A stretch of 63,337 bases of DNA, the filler included, from Chiloscyllium plagiosum (lineage: Eukaryota), in NCBI RefSeq assembly GCF_004010195.1. It is 5 parts of one record of this genome, joined end to end, with 100 filler letters (N's around TTAATTAATTAA, not from the genome) between each part and the next. Parts side by side here need not be neighbours in the genome. Positions count along the whole stretch, not along the records: positions 1 to 19,443 come from NC_057713.1; 4 more parts are not named here. One strand, 5' to 3'. Of the stretch, positions 1-12,596 are shown one piece after another. Within the stretch, counting starts at the first letter, position 1. The number at the start of each line of letters is the position of its first letter. The notes under the pieces are model-generated. The model was not told the origin of the DNA and did not search any database. It worked only from the letters and a program-made list of their open reading frames with translations. The position numbers and the translations under genes were made by a program.

Positions 1-756
1 CTTAATGGTAAGGTCCTAGGGAGTATTGCTGAACAAAGAGACCTTGGAGTGCAGGTTCATAGCTCCTTGAAAGTGGAGGTGCAGGTAGATAGGATAGTGA
101 AAAAAGCATTTGGTATGCTTTCCTTTATTGGTCAGCGTATTGAGTACAGGTGTTGGGAGATCTAGTTGCAGCTGTACAGGACATTGGTGAGGCTATTTTT
201 GGAATATTGCGTGCAATTCTGGTCTCCTGCCAATCAGAAGGATGTTGTGAAACTTGAAAGGGTTCAGAAAAGGTTTACCAGGAAGTTGCCAGGGTTGGAG
301 GATTTGAGCTGTCGGGAGAGGCTGAACAGGTTGGGGCTGTTTTCCCTGAAGCGTCGGAGGCTGAGGGGTGCCTTATAGAGGTTTACAAAATTATGAGGGA
401 CATGGATAGGATAAATAGACAAAGTCTTTTCCCTGGGGTCGGGGAGTCCAGAACTAGAGGGCATAGGTTTAGGGTGAGAGGGGAAAGATATAAAAAAGAC
501 CTACGGGGCAACCTTTTCGCGCAGAAGGTGGTACGTGTATAGAATGAGCTGCCAGGGGAAGTGGTGGAGGCTGGTACAATTGCAACATTTAAGAGGCATT
601 TGGATGGGTAAATGAATAGGAAGGGTTTGGAGGGATATGGGCCCGGTGCTGGCAAGTGGAATTAGTTTGGGTTGGGATATCTGGTCGGCATGGATGGGTT
701 GGACTGAAGGGTCTGTTTCCATGCTATACATCTCTATGACTCTATGACTCTATGAT
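1..756 (+). mobile_element. CR1-clade LINE (HER1-like) 3' portion
   Basis: ORF2 C-terminal motif LYRTLVRLFLEYCVQFWSP...LERVQKRFTR...LGLFSL (ORF 166-378); ends in (ACTCTATG)n tail. Confidence 0.9.
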
Positions 757-760
757 AATG

Positions 761-1250
761 CCAGAACTCGGGGTTATAAAAGAGATATAAAAGAGACCTA
801 CGGGGCAACTTTTTAATACTGAGGATGGTATGTGTATAGAATGAGCTGCCAGAGGATGTGGTGGAGGCTGGTACAATTTAAGAGGCATTTGGATGGGTAT
901 ATGAATAGGAAGGGTTTGGAGGGATATGGGCTGGGTGCTGGCAGGTGGGACTAGATTGGGTTGGGATATCTGGTCGGCATGGATGGGTTGGATTATGTCA
1001 ATCATCTAATCTTAATGGATTTTGTTTTGTGTTTAGCTTCTGTCCTGAGTCCAGCGAGCCCTATGAGAGCTTTCATCAGCTGTCCTTTGATCAGCTGTTC
1101 CTCAATTGATTAACTTTACATTAACTCTTTTTTCCCAATCTGAAGAAGTTTGAGATCAAGATGTGGCTTCCGACTCTAGATTGAGAATTCTTGATTGTGA
1201 AGTATGTCCAGGTATTCTGCCATTTAGCATCTCTATGACTCTATGACTCT
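761..1250 (+). mobile_element. Second HER1-like 3' end in tandem, interrupted by a 241-bp foreign insert (993-1233)
   Basis: Repeats the 3' UTR of the copy at 1-756 and ends in CTCTATGACTCTATGACTCT; the insert matches 1775-2016. Confidence 0.85.
993..1233 (+). repeat. Direct duplicate of 1775-2016
   Basis: By-eye alignment shows 2 substitutions and one T-run indel over ~241 bp. Confidence 0.95.
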
Positions 1251-2775
1251 AAGTGTTTGCAATCATTTTAAATGATTTAATAATTTCAATTCTCTCTCTC
1301 ACCCACGCTCGCCAGGCTGTAGATCTGTGCTGCAGCATGTATACTTTCTTACTTCAATGTGTTGACGAGTTTGGACACTCTCAATTGCCCTCAGCAATTG
1401 CACCATATACGAAAACAACACATTCACTTCCTTAGTTTTGCCATTCAAGGATTGCTTCTTGCTGGATATGATCTCTGTCACTGTTACTGGGCATTCTTCC
1501 CAGGAATGTAAGGAAGTCAAACATTCTGCTTGAAGTTCCTCTTCTGTGTCAACTCAGCATCTGACATTAGATTTGAAAATGTCATAACTATTTGTTCATC
1601 AAATTCCAAATTACACACCTTACAGATTTGTCAATTGTCTCTTATTGCTCGCTTTTCCTCACAAACTGGCTCTTGCAAGTCTTACACGTTTCAGTGCTGA
1701 TCACAGTGGAAAATATTTGTATCAATCCTGTACAATCATTGGCTCCTATCTCTTTGACAGTATAAAACAATTTTTTATGTCAATCATCTAATCTTAATGG
1801 ATTTTGTTTTGTGTTTAGCTTCTGTCCTGAGTCCAGCGAGCCCTATGAGAGCTTTCATCAGCTGTCCTTTGATCAGCTGTTCCTCAATTGATTAACTTTA
1901 CATGAACTCTTTTTTTCCCAATCTGAAGAAGTTTGAGATCAAGATGTGGCTTCCTACTCTAGATTGAGAATTCTTGATTGTGAAGTATGTCCAGGTATTC
2001 TGCCATTTAGCATCTCCTATATTGGAGAGTTATTTCTGCCGTAGCTTTAATCTTACCTGCTATGGCTCTTAGATCTCATAGTTGCACTGTTGTCAGCTGT
2101 GGACAGTTTTTGTTTTAAATGTGAAATATATGAGTTGACCATTGACATAAATATTAAGTTGCTAAAATGTAGTTCACTTATTTCCCCTGAAAACGTTTTA
2201 AGTTTTTCTCCTGTTGTACATTCTTTTGACCTCATTAATCCATTTGTGTTGGTAGCTATTTGATTTCTTGATTTTCTGAAACTGTGTCCCACTTCAGTAC
2301 ATTTTGTGATCTTACATATGACAGGTAAAACGTTCACTTTTAGTAGCTGGGTTTTGCCTGTGCCTGTGAGATGTCCTTGCTCCATGGCTTTAGTGTCAGT
2401 TGTCCGATGTATGCATGGTATTACTTTTTCACAAGTGTCATTTGCGACCTTGCACCTTAAGAATTAATGGACTTTGTCAATTTTCATTCCCAAGTCAATC
2501 TTCTCTTAAAACTGGTGTGTATTGCTTCTGGATATCCGCTTTATTTAACAATTGAATGATTTTCTCTAGAGTCCGGTCTTCATTTGGCTCTAATGATTGT
2601 TCAGAACAGGCATAAGGATCAGAATAACCCATTGCTTTTCCACTGTTGCTATTATAATAAAACTGCTGTAGCAAAATCCTGAGAATTAAATTTGTATTTA
2701 GTCCAAAGTAAGTTGATCCTGTTCCAAAAACTGCAGCAAAATGCAAACTGATATTTGACATGGAGCCTCTATATT

Positions 2776-3068
2776 TGGTACCACAATGGTTAGCACTGCT
2801 GTCTCAAAGTGCTGGGACTTGGGTTTGGTTCCACGTGACTGTCTATGTAGAGTTTGCATGTTCTACTTCTGTCTGCATGGATTTCCATTCAGTGCTCTCC
2901 AGTTTCCTCCCCCAGTCTAAAGATGTGCACGTTGGGTGGATTGGCCATGGTAAATGTATTACAGTGATGGGGGTGAGTGGATCTGAATGGGATGCTCTTC
3001 ACAGGGTCAGTTCCAGAATCAATGGGCTGAGACACCTCCTTCCATACTGTAGGGAATTCTATGATTCT
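2776..3068 (+). mobile_element. Diverged HE1-like SINE
   Basis: tRNA-like head (TGGTTAGCACTGCTG...GGTTCC), GAGTTTGCA core, CTATGATTCT tail. Confidence 0.75.
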
Positions 3069-4563
3069 GCAATGCTCACAAGTTCAATATATTCATAAGA
3101 CATCTGATAACTTATTTTAAATTTTCACAGCATGTTGACAGCTTTAAGATTTCTGCAAGAAATTATTTCAAAAGTTCACATTTATTCATGCTTTTCTGTT
3201 GCCATCTTTCCCATTACTGGCCTGGACTTTGATTCATATCACTTTGACATCTACAAATCCTCTTGATTCAATCTGAGATAGCAAAAAACTGGTTAGAATC
3301 AAGCTTTCTGGAACACCGTAATCATTTTGGTGCATCATTCTCAATGGAACAACGAGACCAATGATATCAAACAAGACATCCAAATTAGTTTTGGACGAGC
3401 AAAGTAGAAAATCCTGCCATAGTCAGATTGCTTTTTGTAGTATCAGATAGTCATGGCAGTATCACTTTCAGATGTGATTTAGTTTTGTCATACTCAGCCT
3501 GCTTCTCTGTAAGAAATGTATTTGAACCATCTTCAAATAAACCATATTCATGAAAGTTAATCACTGCATATTCTCAGCTCCCTATAGCTCATTGCCAAGA
3601 TAAGTCTAGGCTTTCTGATGGTGTGTGAACTAGGCCTCAGGCTAAAGCAGAATGAGGTTACTTTACAAGTCACTTTTCAAACACAGAAAGAATAGAAATG
3701 TACAGGAAAATGTTCCTGCAAGACACAGATATTTGAAACGTGAGAGATAAAATGCAACAAAAATGAAAAATATTATGAGCAAGGTGCTGGTTCTGAATGA
3801 TATTAATTTAATTGTGATATTAATTAATTTACATCTTCCAACAATTCTTAAAAGTCACCACATAATTAAATATTCTACAGGTCTTGAAGTTTCTTATAAA
3901 GATATGAATAATGGAAGGGGAAATAAAGACTATCAGCTTTGAAAATGAAATTGCTGTGAGCCCCCGCTGTGAGGTCATTACTAACAGCTAAATCTATTAG
4001 TGAAGCTTGATTCAACTTTTAAAATGAAAATGCTTCATGTCTGCATTCATTTCTAGCAAGCATGGTTTTTAACCTTTTTAGGTATCAACTTGCGTGCTGT
4101 TAGCACATCAAATGCAAATACATTTTTGCCACTTTATTATTACGCATGCTGACAAGAATCTCCAACTTTGTTCATTTCCATTCTAGAAACTCATGCTATA
4201 GTAATAGATATAATTAAATGGTTGATCAGAAATCTCTAAAATAGTTAACCCATGGCACAATCACTCAAACTCTAGGATTAATATACATGGTGCATTTTCT
4301 GTGAGGAATGCACCAGTGACATTTAGCAAACTTCCTAGGTTATGTTTAACAGATGACAATTGATTAAGGGGCAGCAAACACTGTCTACACAAATAGGTGC
4401 AAGTGAGACATGTCCGAAGAACAAATGATTATACATTGTCTTACACAGGATATAAATTCATAATCATAAACAAAGAAATGTTCAAACTGACATTCAGAAG
4501 AAGATAAGTAACAGAATAAGGTAATTATAAAAATAAGGTGCGCGCACTTACATATAAATTTAC

Positions 4564-4622
4564 CTTGCCATAGAAACCTACTGATCTTAATCCAAGGAAG
4601 CTTGGTAAGATTTCTTGAGTAA
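4564..4622 (-). CDS. Weak candidate exon of unidentified gene (xTQEILPSFLGLRSVGFYGK)
   Basis: ctcag acceptor and AAG|gtaaat donor; one open frame. Confidence 0.2.
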
Positions 4623-4699
4623 CTGAGTACAGTTAACTTAAATTAATCAAATAATTTGCTTCTGTCATTTCCACATAAGAGGACCACTTCCAGGATTAG

Positions 4700-4820
4700 A
4701 AATGCAGGTGCCTTTAGTGGTCAAACAGGAGACCTGGCACACCTCAGGAGCAGGTGGGACTTGAACCCAGGCCTCCTGGCTAAGGAATAAGGATACTATC
4801 ACTGCACAACAAAAGCCCTT
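4700..4820 (-). mobile_element. tRNA-derived SINE head fragment
   Basis: Minus strand reads GTGCAGTGATAGT...CCTGGGTTCAAGTCCC (A/B-box-like). Confidence 0.55.
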
Positions 4821-5412
4821 AAGTGTCAACTTAGGGTTTTAAGGTAAAATAATACTTTGAGTATTGATGGATCCTCTTGCGTACTGTCATATTTTTGGGA
4901 CTGGATTTTCTGAGTTTGGGAGTATATGCATAAGTTGGGACTTCGATTTAATAGGTCCCCAGGAGCTATACTACATTTTTAGCAGTCTAACATTTCCTGA
5001 GTAACTATTTACTAAATGTCCCTTTGAATTCTCTGATTTAATTGCAGACTTTCCGAGGGTTCCATGCATAGGGGAATATTCCCAGAAAATTCCCCCAGGG
5101 TCTGCTAAAATGGGATTCTGCAACATCCCAATTTGCAACTCTAATCTACACTTAGGAAATGATTATCTGGCCATTGAAAAATCCAAGTTTTTATTTTTAC
5201 CTTTTTAAAAATATTCCAATATTCTTTGATATATTTGAATCGTTATAAATAATAACAAACTCAACTCTATTCAATTTGGCATTGTATTTTTGATAGCCTT
5301 TATCGTAGCCATAAAGTTATCCCTAAGTTGATAAAATTGCAATTTAAAAGATTATTTCATTTAAGTGTTTCTGTTACAACTGAAATGAACCTTAATATTT
5401 AATATACCTCCT

Positions 5413-5612
5413 GCAGAGGGTGGTGCATGTATGGAATGAACTGCCAGAGGAGTGGTGCAGGCTGGTTCAAGTCATCTGGATGGGTATATGAATAGGAAGG
5501 GCTTAGAGGGTTATGAGCTAAGTGCTGGCAAATGGGACTACATTAGGTTAGGTTGGCATGGTCAAATTGGACCAAATGATCTGCTCCTGTGGTGTACATC
5601 TCCATGACTCTA
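5413..5612 (+). mobile_element. HER1-like 3' fragment
   Basis: Similar to 521-750; ends CATGACTCT. Confidence 0.8.
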
Positions 5613-6484
5613 AGTGACCTCTAATGGGACATTTATAGCATTGCTAAGGTTTATTAAAAATAAGCAGGCTACTTGAAAGATTGTAACATTCTTGGGAGCA
5701 TCTTGTCCTGTTGGATGGTTATGTAAATCTTACAAACCCAATACTTAAAATGTTTGCGAAATTGTCAGCTTGAACTCAGCAAACTGAAGTTATCAGGAAA
5801 ATACACCTGATCTAAGTTAACTCTTTAAAAAGTGAGTTAAAGCCATGCATAACTTCAGTCTTTCAATCTGCATTAATCTGTACACAATGGAGGGATGAGA
5901 TCTGGAGCATAGCCCTTGCTACTAACCTTGATGGACCCATCTCCCAGTGTCCTCCACACCATGAGAACATATCCCTCAACAGCAATTACCTATTCTGTAG
6001 TTGCTCCTCCATCCGGGAGTCCCAAGGTGATATGCTTATTAGCAGAAGCAGCTATGTTCTTCTCTATGTGACTGCTGGAGTTGCAGCTGCCGCGCTTTGA
6101 CCAGCTGCTCTTGTTTGGCAAGACTTCCACAATCAGGGTCCTAATCCCAGTCAAAGGTCCTCTAATTGTGTGCCTGATTGCTGGATGATCTGGAAGACAT
6201 TCACACCTATGTAGGATAGAGATGTGAATTTGGGAATTGTTAATTGGGAAACAGGAAGTTAGAATTTGGTGCTTGTAAAATTGTAAAATGGGGAAAGCAT
6301 TTTGTGATCCCTTTAAAAGATGGTGCTATTTCTAGAGATTTAAAATGCAAGTATGTCAAGAGTCCGAATTGAAACATTTGCATTGAAAGGCCATACAATT
6401 AGCAGGCCAAGCCGCAGTTTTCACCAAGGCAACAGGTTTTTAAATTTAGCCAATCAATTTGAACCAGGCACTTAGATACCAAAA

Positions 6485-6691
6485 CTGAAAATGTGTTGCT
6501 GGAAAAGCGCAGCAGGTCAGGCAGCACCCAAGGAGCAGGAGAATCGATGTTTCAGGCATGAGCCCTTCTTCAGGAAACGTCATGCCCGAAACGCCGATTC
6601 TCCTGCTCCTTGGATGCTGCCTGACCTGCTGCGTTTTTCCAGCAACACATTTTCAGCTCTGATCTCCAGCATCTGCAGTCCTCACTTTCTC
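6485..6691. mobile_element. Short fold-back Penelope-like derivative with 16-bp TSD
   Basis: Inverted arms around ~6570; TSD CACTTAGATACCAAAA at 6469-6484 and 6692-6707; same terminus as 52744-52998. Confidence 0.8.
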
Positions 6692-6836
6692 CACTTAGAT
6701 ACCAAAAGCCGATTAAATTTACATCTGATCATTTGACGATATAGGGCTAATCCTATTGTAAGAAATATTGTTATGTCATCATGGGTATAAATGAAGGGGG
6801 CAGTTGGACAAAGACCCCAGAGGTAACAACCCTCAG

Positions 6837-6841
<5 letters not shown>

Positions 6842-6879
<38 letters not shown>

Positions 6880-6897
6880 TCTCTCTCGAGAGAGAGA
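6842..6897. repeat. (CT)n then (GA)n microsatellite
   Basis: Directly visible. Confidence 0.95.
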
Positions 6898-7284
6898 AAT
6901 TGGCTGTCACAATCATCTATGTATTAGAGAAAGCACCATCTAAGTAACAAAGGCATTCCTGACAGAAGAATGATGAAGAATGCATTCCTGACAGAATTGA
7001 TGGGGGAAGGCACCGTACATTCTGGAAGACACAAAACCCGGCTGTAATTTTGAGAGACTAAATTCTCAGTTTTTTTGCGTATGTATGGGGCTTGTATTTA
7101 TTAGAACGGCATACTAGTGGAATCTTGTTTTATTGGTAATAGTTAGTAGTTAGAAGAGATTGATTCAGTTTGTTAATAGTTTAGTTAATTTGTTCACTGT
7201 TAGAGCTAGATAAATAAATTGTTACTTCTTGATTTTGAAGGGAGTGTCAGGGATTTATTTTATTTAACCACCAGAAGTTGCTGA

Positions 7285-7582
7285 AATCTTAGAATCCCGA
7301 CAGTGTGGAAAACTGACCTTCGGCCCAACAAGTCCACACTGACCCTCTGAAGTGTATTCCACCCAAAACAAGTTACTCTACGTTCACCCCTAACTAATGC
7401 ACCTAACCTACACATCCTTGAACACTATGGGCAACTTAGCATGGCCAGTTCACCTCACCTGCACATCTTTGGACTATGGGGGGAAACCGGAGCACCCAGA
7501 AGAAACCCACACAGACACGGGGAGAATGCACAAACTCCACACAGCCAATTGCCAGAAGCTGGAATTGAACCCGGGTCCCTGG
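7285..7582 (-). mobile_element. HE1-like SINE
   Basis: Reverse complement of the 12597 SINE family. Confidence 0.85.
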
Positions 7583-7998
7583 TGAGCCACCAAAAGCAGG
7601 TTGCCCCACTTCTCACACTGTTTTTACAGATTATGGAGCAGAGTGCTCCTCTTTGGGTGTTTCAGTTTTAGTTCTTAGAAGGGGGTCAACCTCCACTTTA
7701 TATCAACACTCCCTTAAACACTTCTGCCTTCGGACTTAACCAATTTGTTCTCAGCAAGTCTAACAAATATTAAATAGACATATGACCAGATGAACAGTTT
7801 AGGCATTACAGTACTCTGGGAAAATTCCTCTCATCTTCTTCAACTAATGCTCATTTTAAAAAAAAAACATTAAATTGTCGATCAAAAGATATTGTCTCTG
7901 TCAAGACATTGTTCTGTCAATACTGAATTGAATTAAAAGCTTACATGCCACAATGACGTCCTTGAACTGTTTTGAACCCATGAACTACAGGCTCAGAG

Positions 7999-8100
7999 GA
8001 ACATAGAACATAGAACATTACAGTGCAGTACAGGCCCTTTGCCCCTTGAAACTAATCTGAACCCCTCTAACCTACACTATACCATTATCATCCATATGTT
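7999..8100 (-). mobile_element. CR1 3' tail fragment, (GTTCTAT)n subfamily
   Basis: AACATAGAACATAGAACA repeat; same tail type as 53700-53733. Confidence 0.6.
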
Positions 8101-8507
8101 TCTGCAATTATCTAGGAGAACGTGTTTCTATAATTTGATTGTTCAAGTCATATTTAATTTATTTTATTTTCTCAGAAATGAACTAATTTGCTAGCATTGT
8201 TGCTGATTAATGATCATTCCACAGAATCACAGGTAAGAACATTGATCGCCTGCAGATGAACAAACCAAAATGATATTGAGTCACATTATAAATGAACAGT
8301 TGGCCAGATGAAGATTATTTTGCAGTAATCCTCACCTAATAACATGGCTACAGAGTATAATAATACATAAATTATATTATGTGCTACCATTTAGTGATGC
8401 TCATTCTCTTTATGGGAATGAGTTTATAACAAAGTTCTTAATAAGCACTGTTTTATGTTCTAGAATTGCCAGCAACTAATGGATGTGCATCTGTTGACTT
8501 GACATAC

Positions 8508-8716
8508 CTTTATCCACTTAACATCTGGTGACAAAGTCAAACTGGGATGAATTTTTTTAAGTGCCACATACAACAGATGCTTTATAATCACATGTTTTTG
8601 TTTGAAGGTCACCAATTCCACGCTGCCCTTGTAGGATACACAATTAGACCAGGAATTCAGGGCAGTGTTCAAATATAATGAAAAAGCCAGGACTGTACAG
8701 CAATCATAACCAGACA
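8508..8716 (-). CDS. Candidate exon of unidentified gene (xSGYDCCTVLAFSLYLN...KKIHPSLTLSPDVKWIK)
   Basis: Open frame ending at a strong AAG|gtatgt donor; the acceptor is weak and the 5' boundary uncertain. Confidence 0.3.
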
Positions 8717-9716
8717 CTGTTTGTTATTAGTTTTATATAGAAACTAAAATCTAAAGGTTGACATCATGCCACAGGGAGAAATTACCCCTTTCGGTGATGG
8801 AATAACAGAAAGAAGCTCTGAACTGAGAACTCCAGTTTAATGTGTCCCTATAGTTCTGTCTCGGCAGAGGAAGCCAAATAAAAAGTCTACTTGATGAAAA
8901 AAAATCCTCTGTATCAAACCTTCGCTGTATAATATATATGAAGTAAATGAAGTAATTACCTTCATGATAGCAGGATTAGTTGGTGTAATGAGGAACATAA
9001 CAGCATCAGCTTATAGTAGCCTAATATGCTTTCTGTGAAAGGCTAGGGCACCAGGAGCCAATCTCCCAACCGACAGGTATTTATAGTGTTCGTCATTACA
9101 AATAGGGGAATGTTTCACACACGCACACACTGATCTCTCTTCCTTGGAAGTCAGGATTCAGGGTTGCAATCTCATCTGCTTTGATGCAAGGAAATAATTA
9201 TTTGGTGGTAGCTGTGATAAGGCCTGGCTCATCTGAAGGCAATCCATCTATTATACAAGCCTTAGTAATAGTTTCCAGGCATCACTGTTCAGAGATAAAA
9301 GGATTTCAGAAAACTAATGTTGATTTCCTCTCCTTTTATTACCAGAGTGAGAAAGTGCAAGCAAACCGAGCAGCACAATGCGTTAAAATAGTGCTTCATT
9401 CAGTAACATCATTTCAAATTCAGCTCAGACTGAGAGACTGAGAGCCTAAACAGTTTATCTGCGACTGAAATTGGAGATTAACTTGGGCAAGTCTTCAACC
9501 TATCAGGCTGTTACCCACAACTCAAAACTGCTCTCAATTTGTACTAAATTGGGAAGCTCAGGAAAAGTTCAGGAAGATGGCTACTATAGTAAATTGAAAA
9601 GTGTCATACAGGTGCACTACTATACAAAAACCTAATCTTGAAACTTAGGTTTTTGTTCATTGCTAGGACAAAGCAGAGGAGTTTCCTTCTGTGATTATTC
9701 ACAGAACATCATGCCA

Positions 9717-10050
9717 CGTAAAAGCAAAAGACTGCGGGTGCTGTAAATCAGAGACAAAAATAGACATTGATGGCAAAGCTCAGCAGGTCTGGTAGTATCT
9801 ATGGAGAGAAATCAAAATTAACATTTTGGGTCAAGTGACCCTTCCTCAGAACTGATGGTAGTTAGGAAAATGTTGACTTATATTCAGAAGATAGGGTGGG
9901 AGAGGGGGTAGGGAGTAAAAGATAGATGGAGCTCAAAGATAGAGTAGAGCAGTAAGACAGACAAAAGAGTAGATAATGATCTAGCTAGGAGGGTGAATAG
10001 CTGTTAGTGGCTAACAATGGGTGGTATGTAATAGCAAACTATATGAAAAG
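9717..10050 (-). mobile_element. Penelope-like terminal fragment
   Basis: ACTGCGGGTGCTG.../CAGCAGGTCTGG terminus plus a hammerhead-like motif at 9815-9853. Confidence 0.6.
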
Positions 10051-11106
10051 AAAAAAATCTTGTTAGCATGTCAAATAAGCCAGAGGATGAAGTGAAATTG
10101 GGGAATGGTGCAGCTCTGAGCTAGTGTGATGTGATGCTGTTGGAGAGAGAGGTCAAGAGTGTGCATATGATGATGCATGGCACTGAGTTTGGACCTCATG
10201 ATCCAACTCCCTTCCTCGAGTTGTCTGTGGAACGCTGAACATCACAGAGATACCTACGATCCTGGGTGGATTCAAAGCATAAGGATAAAACTTAAATTGG
10301 AATCCACATGGGGTGCCAAGATGTGCTTGACAGACAATGTAGACCCAAAATACTCCATTGCCTGGCATGAGTATCGATCCCAATAATGAAGTAAAAATAA
10401 ACAATAAATGACACGATGGAAAACTCAGAGCATTTTATGCTGTACATCAAAAGTGGTAGCAGGATAGTACTGGTATAATTGGATTCAGCCTTGAAAGACT
10501 GACTCCCAATCTTAACTGATATTCAAACCTGCCCAACTAAGCCAGATGGGTTTTGATGGGTCTAGCCTCCACATGATACTCAGCAAAATGACAGAGGCGT
10601 TTACCATGCCAGGACAATGGAAGAAAAAAATGGTCCTTAGTACTCAGAAGTTATAGCAACATCAGTGGAGAGAGAAATATAATTAGTGCTTCAGAAAGAA
10701 TAGCCATTGACCTGAAATGTTAACTTTTTTTATTCCCTCCACAGATGCTGCCACACCTGCAGAGCATTTCCTGCATTTTCTGTTTTTATTCCAATATAAA
10801 ACTTCTACAGTTTTCTTCCTTTTAACAAACGATCCTCATCTGGCAAATCCCAGAATTCCATGCAGCTGGACTAAATGTGAATGATGCAGATTGATTCAAT
10901 GGGAAGCGGGTGTGATAGCCTAAATAATGGTAGAAAAATATTAATCGCTTAGAGAAACAACAATCTAATTTTGAATAAGGATACTGTTATTCTTGGTACA
11001 GTGAAGTGGGAATAAGTGAAGTTAGAACTCAGTAGAGTACGTACCTTTATCACATGTTTTAACATTATTACAACTACTCAGCTCCTCCTTGAGCTATTTC
11101 CCTAGG

Positions 11107-11332
11107 ACAAAGTGAGGACTGCAGATGCCGGAGATCAGAGTTGAAGATGTGTGGTGCTGGAAAAGCACAACCGGTCAAGCAGCATCTGAGGAGCAGAAGA
11201 GTTGACATTTCGAGCATAAGCTCTTCATTAGGAAATCCTGATGAAGAGCTTATGCTTGAAACGTCGACTCTCCTGGTCCTTGGATGCTGCCTGACCAGCT
11301 ATGCTTTTCTCGCACCAGACTCTTCCACACTG
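11107..11332. mobile_element. Short fold-back Penelope-like derivative
   Basis: Inverted arms centred ~11233; hammerhead motif in the right arm. Confidence 0.75.
11231..11272 (+). ncRNA. Minimal type I hammerhead ribozyme motif
   Basis: UC-CUGAUGA-A-GAGC uuau GCUU-GAA-ACGU-C-GA; stem I is short. Confidence 0.6.
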
Positions 11333-11599
11333 AGGTATTTCCCTGTCTGTTTGTTTCTCTGTAACTACAAAGCTGAAAAATAATCTCACTGAGGAGGCTT
11401 CAGGCCGAGCCCTTTTGAAAATTCTGCTCATATTTTGACCACTGTGGTATATTCCATCATGGCAGATGAAACAATCAAATGGATTCACCTCCATCTCCAG
11501 GATCTACATCAGAAACCACATTCTTTTTTGCCAAAACTAATCAGATCTACAGGCAAACACTACTTGTAATCTAAGAGTAATTGAAAGCTGATCATTAGT

Positions 11600-12050
11600 T
11601 TTTTAACATATCATTTATGGAATGAGAGTATTGTTGGATAGGCCAACATCTAATTCCCACCCCTAATTTCCTTTTGAGAAGTCAGTGGTGAACTTCTGTA
11701 ATTCTTAGAGTACTGGGACACCTAGAGTGTTAGGGAGGGATTTCCAGGTCCAGCAACACTGAAGGACTGATGATATATTTCCAGGTCAGGAAGTTGGGTG
11801 GCTTGAAGGAGAGCTTACAGGCACTAGTGTTTCTATATATCTGCTGCTCTTGTCCTTCTTGATGATAGAGGCTGCAGATTTGGAAGATATTATTGAAGCA
11901 GCCTTAGTGAGTTACTTTAGACACTGATGCCATTGTACACTAGTGTTGAAAACAGTAAATGTTGAATATAACTGGAGTGGCAATCAAATGGGTTGCTTTG
12001 ACCTGGATGATGCCAAGTTCTTTAAGTGTTGTTGCAGCTGCACTCATCCT
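11600..12050 (-). mobile_element. Old LINE (probably L2-type) 3' end
   Basis: Its 3' end resembles the tail of the SINE family at 31022, 54230 and 58210. Confidence 0.4.
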
Positions 12051-12596
12051 GGCAGGGTGGGGTGGGGTATTCCAGCACTAATTCCCCACCATCAAACTCC
12101 AGGGGGTGACATTGGCCAGAATCTGAATTGGACTAGCCGTATAAATACTGTGGGCACAAAAGCAGATTAAAGGCTAGGAGCTCTGTGTTAAGTAATTTAA
12201 CTCCTGAATCCTGAAATCTGTCTACCATTTAAGGGAATTTGAAATTAAGAAATTTGTTTCTAAAATCATGCAGCAAGAATTCAAACCACTCATTCCAAAA
12301 CAGTACCTGAAACAAAAAAAACCAAAAGCAAAACCCACCTTTACCATATCAGCAAAATTTTAGTTTTATGCTTTGGAAATTTGTGAATCCACCTGAATGT
12401 TATATACTTGTAAGGTTATCAGAATTCTGAAAAAAAGCTTCAAGAATCCAGTTGAAAGTAACATGTTCCATTTCCACATGCCTTGAGTCTTACAGCCCAA
12501 GATACAGCACACTACATGTGTGTTGCCCAGGGCTATTGATTCTTACTGTTTAAATAAGATTGGCAACATTGAACAAAAAGTCATTGCCCAAAATAT

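Larger units (their letters stand above)
6340..7284 (+). mobile_element. Probable solo LTR (Gypsy type)
   Basis: TTAGCCAATCAATTTGAA, GGGTATAAA and AATAAATTGTTA motifs occur in the same order as in the LTRs at 36193 and 41320; contains a PLE insert and a (CT)n/(GA)n microsatellite. Confidence 0.4.

Noticed and set aside
8176..8232. Plus-strand exon-like segment with strong acceptor and CAG|gtaaga donor
   Set aside because: Stops in all three frames; at most a non-coding exon, with no other support.
8960..9032. Minus-strand exon candidate ending AAG|gtaatt
   Set aside because: A stop codon in every frame from the best acceptor.
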